This document shows, one piece after another, positions 25,726-38,157 of a stretch of 64,000 bases of DNA. The DNA is taken from NCBI RefSeq assembly GCF_004010195.1, contig NC_057750.1:16746450-16810449 (forward strand). Reading direction: 5' to 3'. The first letter of the stretch is position 1. Each line of letters starts with the position of its first letter. This stretch comes from Chiloscyllium plagiosum. Its lineage: Eukaryota. Made by a program: the position numbers and the translations under genes. The notes below the pieces were generated by a model that was not told the DNA's origin, did no database searches, and saw only the letters and a list, made by a program, of their open reading frames with translations.

Positions 25726-26858
25726 ACCTCCTGAACTTGTTTCAATTGATTCAGTGAAACCAGAGATGAATTTATGAGAATATTTTCCCCCTTGTAACCA
25801 CTGAGGCTTTTTTTAGCCTCTCCCAAGAGATTATGGGCATGGTCATATTGAATGATGAAGCAGGTTCATGGGCTGAATCCTGCTCCTATCTTCCTATTGT
25901 ATTGCCAAGGGAAGGTGGTGGTACAGTGAATGGTGGGGCTAGAAAATGCTTACAGTCGTACCTTTAGCCAGCATGTGTCCAGAGCAGATCAGATGACTGT
26001 TTGATCTTTCTCTGCCTGTCATATTTCTGTATTTGCATTGGAACATCACTCCAGGCATGTTAACCTAAGGCCAGTCTGTTTGACGTCTCCAGTACCTCAA
26101 GCTGAGAGTGACATCAGGGCGTCTGAATGTTGGAAATGCCATGATTTTATTTGGCCCAGTGTGGGGCTCCAGTGTTTGTCAAAGCCCTGCATGAGTTTTT
26201 AACAGGGGCAACCTGCACTTCACACTCATGACAAGCTGAAGGGAGTGAATTTGACAATGAATGAGAAGCATGCTATTTGATTGCATTTCATTTCCCCATG
26301 CTGGATATTAATGCTGGGGAATGACTTTTGATCTTTGGCATTCATCTGGAAACATTAAAAAAACCATCTTCGCTCCAACACACTCTCTTCTGGTGGGTTT
26401 CATCCAGCCTGTGTAGGCAAGAATGTTCAGAAAGTCAGAAGGAGAGAACCCCCCAAAAATAAAAGGATCTTCCAAAATAAATGGAAGTGTCTTCGGAACA
26501 GGTGGGAGAGGATTTCTGGTCTTTAACTTTGATCCCCTCTAAGTGGGGCGGGAATGAATAAAAGCCCAGCTGCAGAATGTGCACGGTCAAAGGACTGATA
26601 CTTCAGTGCAGTACTGAGGGAGAGCTGGACTGTCCGAGGTGACCATCATTGAATGGGATGGTAAGCCAAGGACTCCCTTACCTGTTTGAATGGAAGTAAA
26701 GAGACGCTAGTTGGAGATAAAGCAGATACATCTCTTGGGTTTCAGACAATGCATCAAAGAGAAGGTGATTGGGCCCCTGAATTATTCGCTGTTACGAGGT
26801 CTTCTTGTGTTCAGATTGGTTGCCACGTTCACTCTGATTAGAACAACAGATAATTCAT

Positions 26859-27805
26859 CTTATCTGATTCTGTGCTGTGAACTTTGCCAAACAGGTTCCT
26901 CCAGAGATTAGTTGTGAAATTCACTGTTTGTTAATTTTCCCAGACGCACTCTGATGTCCAGCGATACATGAATTCAAAAACAGCAAAGGCAGTAACTGTG
27001 CAGGTTCTCTCTCTCTCTCCCTCTCTCTCCCTCTCTGTCTCCTGCACTGTCCTCACCATGTGCTTCCTTTGTCTGCTCTTCTCCATTTTAAAACTGCTGT
27101 TGTTTTGACTTTGTTTTCCCAAAGTTCCAAAACAATGCAACAGCACATAAAACAGTAATTGCTGCTCCTGGAATTCGAGGAAATCACCTCCAACACCTAA
27201 AACACCACAAAAAAAGGAGCAGCTGTTATAGCCAGAAATGTTTCCCATCCTCCATCTTGGATTACGGGCTGAGGAGTGGCAGATGGAGTTTAATTATGGG
27301 CTGAGGAGTGGCAGTTGGAGTTTAATTCAGATAAATGTGAGGTGCTGCACGTTAGGAAAGCAAATCTTAGCAGGACTTATACACTAATGGTAAGGTCCTA
27401 GGGAGTGTTGCTGAACAAAGAGACCTTGGAGTGCAGGTTCATAGCTCCTTGAAAGGGAGTCGCAGGTAGATAGGATAGTGAAGAAGGCGCTTCGTATGCT
27501 TTCCTTTATTGGTCAGAGTATTGAGTACAGGAGTTGGGAGATCATGAAAGAGACCTAAGGGGCAACTTTTTCACGCAGAGGGTGGTACGTGTATAGAATG
27601 AGCTGCCAGAGGAAGTGGTGGAGGCTGGTACAATTGCAACATTTAAGAGGCATCTGGATGGGTATATGAATAGGAAGGGTTAGGAGGATATGGGCCGGGT
27701 GCTGGCAGGTGGGACTAGATTGGGTTGGGATATCTGGTCGGCATGGAAGGGTTGGACTAAAGGGTCTGTTTCCATGCTGTACATCTCTATTACTCTAAGA
27801 CTCTA
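26859..27805. mobile_element. 5'-inverted CR1 insertion: 5' UTR on the minus strand (26859-27263) fused to a plus-strand 3' end (27265-27805)
   Basis: Left part matches 13500-13888; right part matches the CR1 3' region with an internal deletion at ~27546. Confidence 0.85.
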
Positions 27806-28317
27806 TCTGAAATGGATTGTCCCAAGGATATAAAACATAATCTTCCCAATTTACTGAAAATTTCAGGCTATCCAATAAACAGAATGTTTCAATCACTATT
27901 GTGTAATATTTAATAAGTTCAATCATTCATTGTCAGCTGCAACACCGTTACTTAACTTCTGCGTTGAGAAAGATTGGGAGAAAAAAACAAACTGCACATA
28001 AGTGGTTTATTTGGCTTTACTTCCAGTAATCAAGCATGCGTGTGTCAAATCCCAGGAAAAGACAGTGGGAGAAGCCAATTGGGAATATGGTTCACAGAGC
28101 GAGAATATTCTTTGGTCACTTAAATTCTAAAGCAAGTTTCTCCACCTCCGTGCGACACCTCTGTAAACTGTTGATTGAAATCTTCCTGGGAATTGAACCA
28201 CCAACACACCTTGTTTGTAATTGGAACTTGCTTTGTTAATGATGTTTTTATTACCGTGTGGGTGTCACTGGCAAATCCCTATTTAGCACCCAGGAAATTC
28301 ACCAGGATAAATGATTA

Positions 28318-28619
28318 TAGAATCCCGGAAACAGGCCCCTCAAGTCTACACAAACCCTCTGAAAAGTAACCCGCCCAGACCCATTCCCCTATTCTATTAT
28401 CCTATATTTACCATTCATCAATGCACCTAACCTACACATCCCTGAGCACTATGGGCAATTCAAGCTAACCTGCACATCTTTGGACTGTGGGAAGAAATCC
28501 ACACAGGCATGGGGGGGTTTGTGCAAACTCCACACAGACAGTTGCCCAAGGCTGGAATCGAACCCAGGTCCCTGGCGCTGTGGGGCAGCAGTACTAACCA
28601 CTGAGTCATCGTGCTGCCC
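28318..28619 (-). mobile_element. HE1 SINE
   Basis: Head, core and tail recognisable. Confidence 0.88.
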
Positions 28620-29346
28620 CATGATGATGATTGGACCTGGGTTGTTACTGTCCATGCAGTGCTGAAAACCCCACAGTGGTGTGAGGATAAGGAATCCTAG
28701 TGACACTGACGAATATCCAGGTCAGGATAGTGTTTCCAAAGTTCCCTTGGTTTAACCGGAAGAAGATTTCCTGTTGCTGTGGATTTTGGCTGTGATATTT
28801 TGCATTTCTCAATTGCCACTCATTGCTATTTATCTGTCCCATCTGAATAAAAGCCACCTCTTGGTTTTAAGTAATAGCTCTGTAACCTCTGCCAGAAACC
28901 TCACATTTATCCTGTTGTACAAACCTGTCTAATCTGATCCAACCCTTGGCAGTAGCTGCAGAACTACCCTCTGGGCATATTTCATCTGTTCAGTGTTTTC
29001 GTGAGAATTGAACAAGGTCCAAATTGAGAGCTGTTCAGCACACTCCGCTGTTCTCCTTCTTCCTCAGTGGGTAGCACTCACCCCCTGCCACCCCCCCCCC
29101 CCCACTCCAAGGTCAAAGCACAAAGCAGAGACTTGAGTGTGAAACCCAGGCTGCAGCAACATTGCAGTACTGAGGGAACGCTGAACTGTCAGAGGGGCCA
29201 CCTCAAAACCAAACACCTGTTCTGGCCTTGCGGCTGAGTTCCAACTGCCAAATCAAATCTTCACCCAGCTCAAGGAAGACCCTTGAATGAGAGATGGGAA
29301 GAGGAAGCATCTCAAACAGTCCTTGAAGTCTTTCCTCAAGAAATAC

Positions 29347-29553
29347 TGATGATTTGGAGATGCCGGTGTTGGACTGGGGTGTACAAAGTTAAAAATCACA
29401 CAACACCAGGTTATAGTCCAACAGGTTTAATTGGAAGCACTAGCTTTTGTAGCTCCGCTCCTTCATCACCTGATGAAGGAGCAGCGCTCTGAAAGCTAGT
29501 GTGCTTCCATTTAACCCTATTGGACTATCACCTCGTGTTGTGTAATTTTTAAC
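29347..29553. mobile_element. Palindromic Penelope-terminus insert with intact plus-strand hammerhead
   Basis: Inverted halves centred on ccttcatca-cc-tgatgaagg; perfect TSD tcaagaaatac (29336-29346, 29554-29564). Confidence 0.88.
29467..29501 (+). ncRNA. Minimal type I hammerhead ribozyme motif
   Basis: Stem I CAC/GTG, CTGATGA, stem II GGAGC-AGC-GCTCT, GAAA, palindromic AGCT, CUA triplet. Confidence 0.8.
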
Positions 29554-29571
29554 TCAAGAAATACGACATAC

Positions 29572-30340
29572 ACTGTAAGCCTCCATTGTCTAATTTATCT
29601 ACCTCCCACTCTTCAACACTATACTGATCCAATAACCCCCCACCCCCACCACTGTCTAAGTTAGCAAAAAAAATCAATTTACTAAACCAGCGGCTGCATA
29701 TCTTCCTTTGTAGATTTTCCAGTCTTTTCTTATGTCTTCTGCTGCACAAATTCCGTACGAACAGGTAGCTTTCAGAGTATATCTGCTCGCCATCTGTTGG
29801 TGCTCTCTGCCACTCTAAGAACCTTCTCTCTCGTTTTCTGCCCTCTCTTCTCTCTCTCTCTTTCTCTCTCCCTTTGTTTATCTTCTAACTCCATTTTCCT
29901 CAACTGCAATTTAAGTTTTTCAAACTCTCCTGCACTTGTCTGTTTCTCTGACACACCTACGTGTTTGAGTAATTCCCTTACAATTTCAGCTTTGCTTTTG
30001 TCCTTGGTTAAACCCAATTCTAACCTCTTTGCAAATTCTAAGAGTATGGTTTTTTATTTCCTCCGAAAATTTCTGGGCAAATTTGGGAATCATCTTCAAA
30101 CCCCAGAACCTCTTTTGCAATGTTAAGAGCCATTTCTCTTATTTTTAATTTAACCAACCACAAGTCACCGAAGTTAAGCAAGTTGTCTTGTTTTATTTAA
30201 AGATCTAGGACACTAACCTGCAAGTGTTTAAATCTACTGGGCTTTTTTCATACCCCCTAAACCTACTCAAATCTGTCCAAATCTCAGACTGGATCTGTCT
30301 AAACCTGTTCAAATCATGGATCTGAACCCCCAAACTTGTT
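29572..30340 (-). mobile_element. Internally deleted fragment of a related Gypsy element: PBS-leader-gag N-terminus joined to a partial LTR
   Basis: 29818-30336 matches 14941-15560 (GLTKDKSKAEIVRELLK); 29575-29815 resembles the LTR middle. Confidence 0.8.
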
Positions 30341-30614
30341 CAGGAGAAAGCTGCTTGGAAGAAGCTCCTGTATGAAGGGACACAAATCTTTGAGAATACC
30401 CATTGGCAAGAGCAAGTATGGAAAAGGAAAGGCGTGCCAACCATGTTGGGGCTATGGATTAATTTCACTCCCAGAAACAGCAGCCAGAAACTGTGGAGAT
30501 ATAGCCACAGGACTGAGCTCATCAACCACACACGGAGCCACAGAACCGATGACCAGTGACGCAAAATTTTCCCAGTGAACAATAAAACTCATTAGCCTGT
30601 GATTGTTGATCATG

Positions 30615-31030
30615 TACGTGTGTCAGTGGTCTTTTGTGTTTTGTGAATTTGTGTCTGTTTGTGTGGGCGTGCGTTTCTGTGAGTTTGTGTCATGCAGTTG
30701 TGGACACGTGGGTGTGTTTATGAGTGGGTACATTTTGCATGTGTTTTTGTGAACTTGTGTGTTGGTGGTGTTATGATGCATGTTTGTGGTTTTGTGTACA
30801 TTTGTGAGTGTGCATGTTGTGCACATTTGCGGACCTGTGTTTGTGTTTCTGGGCATGCTCTTTGCATTTGGTGCATTTCTGTTCTGTCAGTATCTGTTTG
30901 TGAATGTGTTTTTATTTGAGTGTGTTTGTGAGTGTGTCTGTTAGGGTTTAATTGGAATGTCTTTGTTCTTGTATGTGTTCTTATTTAGTTGTATGTGTGC
31001 TAATCAGTGTGTGTGAGAGAGTTGTTGTGT
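30615..31030. repeat. Degenerate (TG)n low-complexity tract
   Basis: GT-rich imperfect dinucleotide repeat. Confidence 0.9.
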
Positions 31031-31049
31031 GGTCATGATCTGCAGCAAA

Positions 31050-32462
31050 TCTACATCCAATAAAGAGGAACAAGAGGGACAAATCAACCAGAGCTAAACA
31101 GGGAGGTTAAGGAATGTATGAAAAAGCATAGAGGAGGCAAAAGTCAGTGATAGCCCCAAAGACTGGAATAAATTCAGATTCCAGCAAAAGAGAACTAAAA
31201 AGATAAAGTTAACAATAAGGGAATACCTGCAAGGAATATAAAAAAACTGGCAACAAGAGCTTCTTTAAATTTATGAAAAAGGAAGCGAGAGATCAAAGGG
31301 AACATAGACCCATTAGGAAATAAATCTAGAGAATCTGTTATGGGGAACAAGGAAATGCAGAGAAGTTAAAACAGATATTTTGCACCGGTCTATTGATATG
31401 AAAGAATACAGGGGAGGAATTAAATACCATCACCTTCACTCAAGAAGTAGCATCAACAAGCTAATGGGGGCTAAAGGCAGCTACGGCCCCTATCTGTGAT
31501 GGCTTGCATCCGAGATCCAAAAAGAGGTCGCTACTGAGATAGTGGATCCATTTGTAGCAGTTTTCCAAAAGTCTTTGGATTTTGAAGAAGCACCAGTGGA
31601 TTGAGAAACTGCCAATGTGACTGCCATGATTCGGAGATGCCGGTGTTGGACAAAGTTAAAAATCACACAGCACCAGGTTATAGTCCAACAGGTTTAATTG
31701 GAAGCACACTAGCTTTTGGAGCGACGCTCCTTCATCAGGTGATTGTGGAGCCCTCCTAGTGTTGTGTGATTTTTAAATGTGACTGCCAACTGCCAACCCG
31801 TGTTCAAACACTGGGTAACTACGGGCGGATTAACTGAACGTCTATTGTTGGAAAAATATTGGAATCAATTATTAAAGAATTGCATGGCTTTGGCTCTGTC
31901 CTGTCTGTTTGACGTTTGAGTTCAAGTCTTATTCCAGAAAACGAGAGAGTCGGAACATATCGGTCGTTCTTGTAATAGCAGACTCTGACTAATGACACTG
32001 AGAGGATTGTTCACAATCTATTTCAATAATTTGGATGTAGGGACCAAATGTAATGCCTGCAAATTGGCAAATGATGCAAAGCCAATAGGAAATATATGTT
32101 GGAAGGAAAATGTCAAGTGACTTCGTAGAGTTATACAGAAGAGTTTGACAGATGTAGAGAATGGGCTAGAATGGCAGGTGGAATATAATGTGGAAGGTGT
32201 GAGATGATCCATTTTAGTGGGAGAAATCATGCAGGATATTTCCAAAATGGAAAGTGCAAAGGGCCTGAGTGTGCTTGTTGAAAAATCGCTGAAGGTTAAC
32301 ATGCAGATGGAGCAGGCTATTAGGAAAGCTCATGGAATGCTTGCCTTTATTGCAAGAGGATTTGAGTGCAGGAGTTATGGAATCTTGTTTCCATTGTGTA
32401 CAAGCTTGGTTAAACTGCAGTTGGATTACTATGTACAGTTTTGGTTATCCTACCTCAGGAAA
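31050..32462 (+). mobile_element. Old CR1/L2-like LINE ORF2 fragment
   Basis: ANVT, NY.RI.L, K.ANDAK and YYVQFW relics. Confidence 0.75.
31627..31775 (-). mobile_element. Short Penelope-terminus insert with degenerate hammerhead (GAAA>AAAA)
   Basis: Motif at 31707-31741 (-); TSD aatgtgactgcca (31614-31626, 31776-31788). Confidence 0.85.
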
Positions 32463-32463
32463 C

Positions 32464-32986
32464 CGTGATGTGGAGGAGCCGGTGTTGGACAAAGTTAAAA
32501 ATCATACTACACCAGGTTATAGTCCAACAGTTTTATTTGGAAGCACTAGCTTTCAGAGTACTGCTCCTTCATCAGGTAACTAAGGATCATGAAACACAGG
32601 ACTTACAGCAAAAGATCACGATGTCATGCAATTAAAATGAAATATTGGACAAACCTAGAATACTGTTAAGTCTTTCATCTTTTAGAATGGGTTGCAGGTT
32701 TCGGTTCATTAATATGTAAATCCCAGAATGTCTTTCCACTCACATTCTCGAGATAACTTAAAGTTTTTTAATAAAGGTGACATCTTAGCTCAGACAATGC
32801 ATTAAAGGTATGAGCTTAGAGTCTGTCTGTATCCCAATCTTGAGTCAGACTGGTTCTATTTCCAAAGTAGGAATTTATAAAATGTTACATGGATTAACTG
32901 CCTGCAAGTTCTGTGCTTTTTGAGTAAAAATAGAATGTATCTGCAAATGCAAATTCACCCCATAGATATGTGTGTGTGTGTGTGTG

Positions 32987-33018
<32 letters not shown>

Positions 33019-35030
33019 CGTGAGCGTGTGTATGCAAGAGGGTCTGCGTGAGTGTGCGAGTATGATCATGTATAAGAATGTGTGTGTATGTGTGTGTATG
33101 TGTGCTTGTGTGTGTGTATGTGTGAGAGTGTGTATAGTGTAGTGGGGTCATGTGTACTGTGACATGAACCCAAGGTCCCAGTTGAGGCCATCCCCTTGGG
33201 TATCGAACTTGGCGATCAGCCTCTGCTCAGCCACTCTGCGTTGTTGTGTATCCTGAAGTCCGCCTTGGAGGATGGTCACCTGAAGGTCCGAGGCTGAACG
33301 TCCCTGACCGCTGAAGTGTTCCCCGACTGGGAGGGGACACGCCTGCCTGGTGATTGTTGTGCGGGATTCCATTCATCTGTTGTCATAGCATCTGCTTGGT
33401 CTCACTAATGTACCATGCCTCAGGGTCATTCTTGCCTGCAGGGTATGAGATAGACAACGTTGGCTGAGTCACATGAGTACCAGCCGCATACATGGTGGGT
33501 GGTGTCCCCATGTGTAATGGTGGTGTCCATATCGACACTCTGACATCCGCCGTGCCAGGGTTGTACGGTGTTGTGGTCGATGCTGTCCTGAAGGCTGGAC
33601 AGTTTGCTGCGAACAATGATCTGTGTAAGATTTGGCAGTTGTTTAAAGATGAGAAGTGGAGGTGTGGGGAAGGTGTTGGCGAGGTGCTGATCCTCATCGA
33701 TAGTGTGTTGCAGGCTGTGAAGAACATAGTGTAGTTTCTCTGCTCCTGGGAAGTTCTGGACAGTGAAGGGCACCCTGTCAGTCACACACCGTGTCTGTCT
33801 CCTGAGGAGGTCATTACAGTTTCTTGCTGTGGTACATCAGAACTGACAATCGATGAGATGAGCATCAGACCCTGTTCTTATGAGGATGTCCCTCAGCACC
33901 TTCAGGTGTCTGTTGCACTCGTCCTCATCTGAACAGATCCTGTGCACATGGAGGGCTTATCCCTGGAGGATGGCTCTTTTAATATGTTTAAGATGAAAGC
34001 TAGTGAAGTGTAGCATCGTGAGGTTATCCGTGGGTTTGCGGTGGAGTGAGGTACTGAGGTGCCCATCCTTGATGGAGATGCGTGTGTCCAAGAATGAGAC
34101 AGATACTAAAGGGTAGTCCATGGTGAGTTTGATGTTGGGATGAAACTTGTTGATATCACTGTGTAGTTGTTTCAATGACTCCTCGCCATGGGTCCAGAGG
34201 AAGAAAATGTCGTCAATGTGTCTGGTGTATAGTGTTATTGTGCAGCAAAGAAGTCCTGTTATAACTTGTGTATGAAAATGTTGGCATATTGGGGTGCAAA
34301 TTTGGTCCCAATGACTGTTCCGTGTGTCTGGATAAAGAACTGGTTGTCAAAGGTGAAAACGTTGCGGTTGAGGATAAAGCGGATGAGTTGTAGGACAGTG
34401 CTTGGAGATTGGCAGTTGTTGGTGTTGCGTACTGAGGCTGTTGCCGTGATGCTGTCATTGTGGGGGATGCTGGTGTCGAGTGCTGAAACGTCCATTGTGA
34501 CGAGGAATGTTCCTGATTCGACCAATCCATGGGTCCTGAGTTCCTGTAAGAAATCTGTAGTGTCGTGAAAGAAGCTGGGGGTCCCCTGTACAATGGGTTT
34601 CAAGATGTCTTCGACATAGCCAGACAGGTTCTCACACAGGGTCCCATTGCCTGATACAATGGGACGTATCTTTGGAAGGCAGTAGAAGTCTTCTACCAGT
34701 GTGTGAGTTGAGAGTGCATAGGGTACTCTGAATGGACTGAATCTAAAGTCCTGATCAATGTATTTAGTTCACGGGTGTGCTGTTTGGTCGGACCGGCCGG
34801 TAGTTGCCTGTAGTGTTCCTGGTGTTCAGTTTTCGTAATACTTGCAGTAATATTTTCTATCCTGAATGATGATGGCTCCTTCTTTATCTGCTGGTTTGGT
34901 GACAAGGCTGTGATTGGTTTTGAGAGCATGGATGGCGTTGCATTGTGATCGGGTAATGTTTTGCTCTACCTCGTGGGGGCAGCTGATGAATCTGGTATTT
35001 ACACATTTCCTGACGGTTTGAGCATACATG
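32464..35030 (-). mobile_element. Penelope-like element: RT and GIY-YIG remnants, (CA)n tract, hammerhead-bearing terminus
   Basis: IKPADK-like, FLVTMDVSAL.TSIPH, QTHGTVIGTKFAPQYANIF, RHIDDIF, FLDT, ANVVYLI.C...WYISETKQ; hammerhead at 32544-32578 (-). Confidence 0.95.
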
Positions 35031-35039
35031 TCACGCGCA

Positions 35040-38000
35040 GAGCACCTCACGATGCTACACTTCTCTGGCTTCCATTCTAAACATATTAAAAGAGCCATCC
35101 CCCAGGGACAAGCCCTCTACGTATGCAGGATCTGTTCAGATGAGGAGGAACGCCACAGACACCTGAAAGTGCTGAGGGACATCCTCATGAGAACAGGGTA
35201 TGATGCTCAACTCATCAATTGTCAGTTCTGACATGCCATAGCGAGAAACTGTAATGACCTCCTCAGGAGACAGGCACAGCATGCGACCAATAGGTACCCC
35301 TCGCTATCCAGTATTTCCCAAGGAGTGGAGAAACTACACCATGTTCTTCGCAGCCTGCAGCACATTATCAATGAGGATGAGCACCTCACCAAGACCGTCC
35401 CAACGCCTCCAGTTCTCGCCTTTAAACAACCACCAAACCTTAAACAGATCATTGTTCGCAGCAAACTGCCCAGCCTTCAGGACAGCATCGACCACAACAC
35501 CGTACAACCTTGTCACGGTGGGCGCTGAAAGACGTGTCAGAATGTTGACACGGATGCCACCATTACAAGTGGGGACACCTCCCACCATATATGTGGCAGG
35601 TACTCATGTGACTCGGCCAACATTGTCTATCTCATACGCTACAGGCAAGGATGCCCTGAGGCATGGTACATTGGCGAGAAGCTACGACAACGGATGACTA
35701 GACACCACACAACAATCACCAGCCAGGAGTGTTCCATCCCAGTCGGAGAACACTTCAGCGGGCCGGGACGTTCAGATCTTAGGGTGACCATCCTCTAAGG
35801 CTGACTTTGGGACAGGCAACAATGCAAAGTGGCCGAGCAGAGGCTGATAGCCAAGTTTGGTACACATGGGGATGGCCCCAACTGAGACCTTGGGCTCATG
35901 TCACACTACAGACCTTCTCTCATACACACACTCTCTCGCTGACACACACACACATGCACCCCCCAACTCACACCCATGCACACACCCCTCACAGTCTTAT
36001 ACTCCATCACACTCATGCACATACTCTACCAAGAACGCACACATACAAACACACACTCTTTCTCTCTGTCTCCCTCATACACACACATATGCACACACAC
36101 ACACACGCACGCGGACAAAAACACACGCAAGTCTCTGGGGTTTTTGCAGATCCACTCTATTTTTGCTCAAAAAACAGACAACCTGCAATCAGGCAGTCAA
36201 TGCAGGCAGTCAATCCCTATAACAGTTTATAAATTCCTACTTTGGAAATAGAACCAGTCTGACTCAAGATTGGGATACAGACAGACTCTAACCTCATACC
36301 TTTAATATATTGTCAGAGCTAAGATGTCACCTTTATTTATAAAACCTTAAGATTGATAAGTCCCCAGGGCCAGACCAGATTTATCCTCGGCTGCTCCGGG
36401 AAGCGAGAAAGGAGGTTGCTAAGCTGCTGGCGAGGATCTTTGAATCCTCACTCTCCATGGGAGTCGTACAGGAGGATTGGAAGGAGACGAATGTTGTTCC
36501 TCTTTTCAAGAAGGGTAATAGGGAAATCCCTGGCAATTACAGACCTTACATCTGTCAGTCTTACATCTGTGGTCAGCAATGTTTTGGAAAGAATTCTAAG
36601 GGATAGGATTTATGATTATTTGGCAAAGATAGCATGATTAAAGGAAGTCAGCATGGCTTTGTGAGGGGCAGGTCATGCCTCACGAATCTTATTGAGTTCT
36701 TTGAGGAGGTGACAAGACAGGTCGACGAAGGTCGAGGAGTGGATGTGGTGCATATGGACTTCAGCAAGGCATTTGATAAGGTTCCTCATGGTAGGCTCAT
36801 TCATAAAGTCAGTAAGTATGGGATAGAGGGAGATTTGGCTTTCTGGATTCAGAATTGGCTGGCTGACAGAAGGCAGAGAGTGGTTGTAGATGGAAAGTAT
36901 TCTGCCTGGAGATCAGTGTTGAGTGGAGTCCCGCAGAGCTCTGTTCTTGGGCCTCTGCTCTTTGTAGTTTTTATAAATGACTTAGATGCGGAAGTTGAGG
37001 GGTGGGTTAGTAAATTTGCAGATGACACAAAGGTTGGAGGTGCCATCGATAGCATTGAGGGCTACTGCAGGCTGCAGCACGACATAGACAGGATGCAGAG
37101 CTGGGCTGAGAAATGGCAGATGGAGTTCAACCTGGATAAATGTGAAGTGATGCATTTTGGAAGGTCGAACTCAAATGCTGAATATAGGATTAAAGACAGG
37201 ATTCTTGCAGTGTGGAGGAACTGAGGGATCTGGGTGTGCAAGTACGTAGTTCCTTCAAAGTTGCCACCCAAGTGGATAGGGTTGTTAAGAAAGCATATGG
37301 TGTTTTGGCTTTCATTAACAGGGGGATCCAGTTTAAGAGCCGCGAGGTTTTGCTACAGCTCTACAAGTCCCTGGTGAGACCATACTTGGAATATTGTGTC
37401 CAGTTCTGGTCGCCCTACTATAGGAAAGATACAGAGGCTTTGGAGAGGGTGCAAAGAAGGTTTACCAGGATGCTTCCTGGACTGGAGAGCTTGTCTTATG
37501 AAGAAAGGTTAAATAAGCTTGGACTTTTCTCTCTGGAGAGAAGGAGGAAGAGAGGAGACCTGATCGAGGTGTACAAAATAATGAGTGGAATAGATAGAGT
37601 CAATAGCCAGAGATTTTTCCCCAGGGTAGGATTGACTGGTATGAGGAGTCATAGTTTGAAGATATTAGGAGGAAGGTATAGAGGAGACGTCAGAGGTAGG
37701 TTCTTTACACAGAGAGTTGCGAATGCATGGAATGTCTTGCCAGTGGTGATGGTGGAAGCAGAGTCATTAGGGACATTTAAGCGCCTGCTGGACATGCACA
37801 TGGATAGCAGTGAGTTGAGGGTTGCGTAGCTTAAGTTATTATAATTTACATTAGGATTAAACCTTGGCACAACATCGTGGGCCAAAGGGCCTGTTCTGTG
37901 CTGTACTCTTCTATTTTCTATGTTCTATTATCTCGAGAATGTGACTTAAAAGAAGTTCTGGGTTTTACATATTCCAAAGGATGAAAGATTTAACAGCAAT

Positions 38001-38157
38001 CTAGGTTAGTTCAATATATTGTTTTAATTGCATGACAGTGTGATGTTTTGCTATAACTTCTGTGTTTTATGATCCTGCCCCACTAGCGACCTGATGAAGG
38101 AGTGGCGCTCTGAAAGCTTGAACTTCCAAATAAACCTGTTGGACTATAACCTGGTGA
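35040..38157 (+). mobile_element. Inverted partial Penelope copy (RT C-terminus, GIY-YIG, terminus), interrupted by a CR1
   Basis: Reverse complement of ~32510-34025; hammerhead at ~38088-38122. Confidence 0.92.
36352..37927 (+). mobile_element. Relatively young 5'-truncated CR1 LINE
   Basis: 196-aa and 205-aa RT ORF pieces (QHGF, MDFSKAFD, GVPQ, FADD); TTCTA(T/TG) tail; splits the Penelope sequence aaccttaag|ttatctcgag. Confidence 0.95.

Larger units (their letters stand above)
29240..30570 (+). pseudogene. RTE-clade LINE C-terminal relic, split by two insertions
   Basis: LPNQIF.QLKE...KRKHLKQSLKSFLKKY-DIH continues at 30338 as VQEKAAWKKLLYEGTQIFE...LINHTRSH. Confidence 0.65.

Noticed and set aside
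29786..29800. CTCF-like motif (CCAACAGATGGCGAG, minus strand)
   Set aside because: A single imperfect match inside an LTR-like fragment; not supportable.
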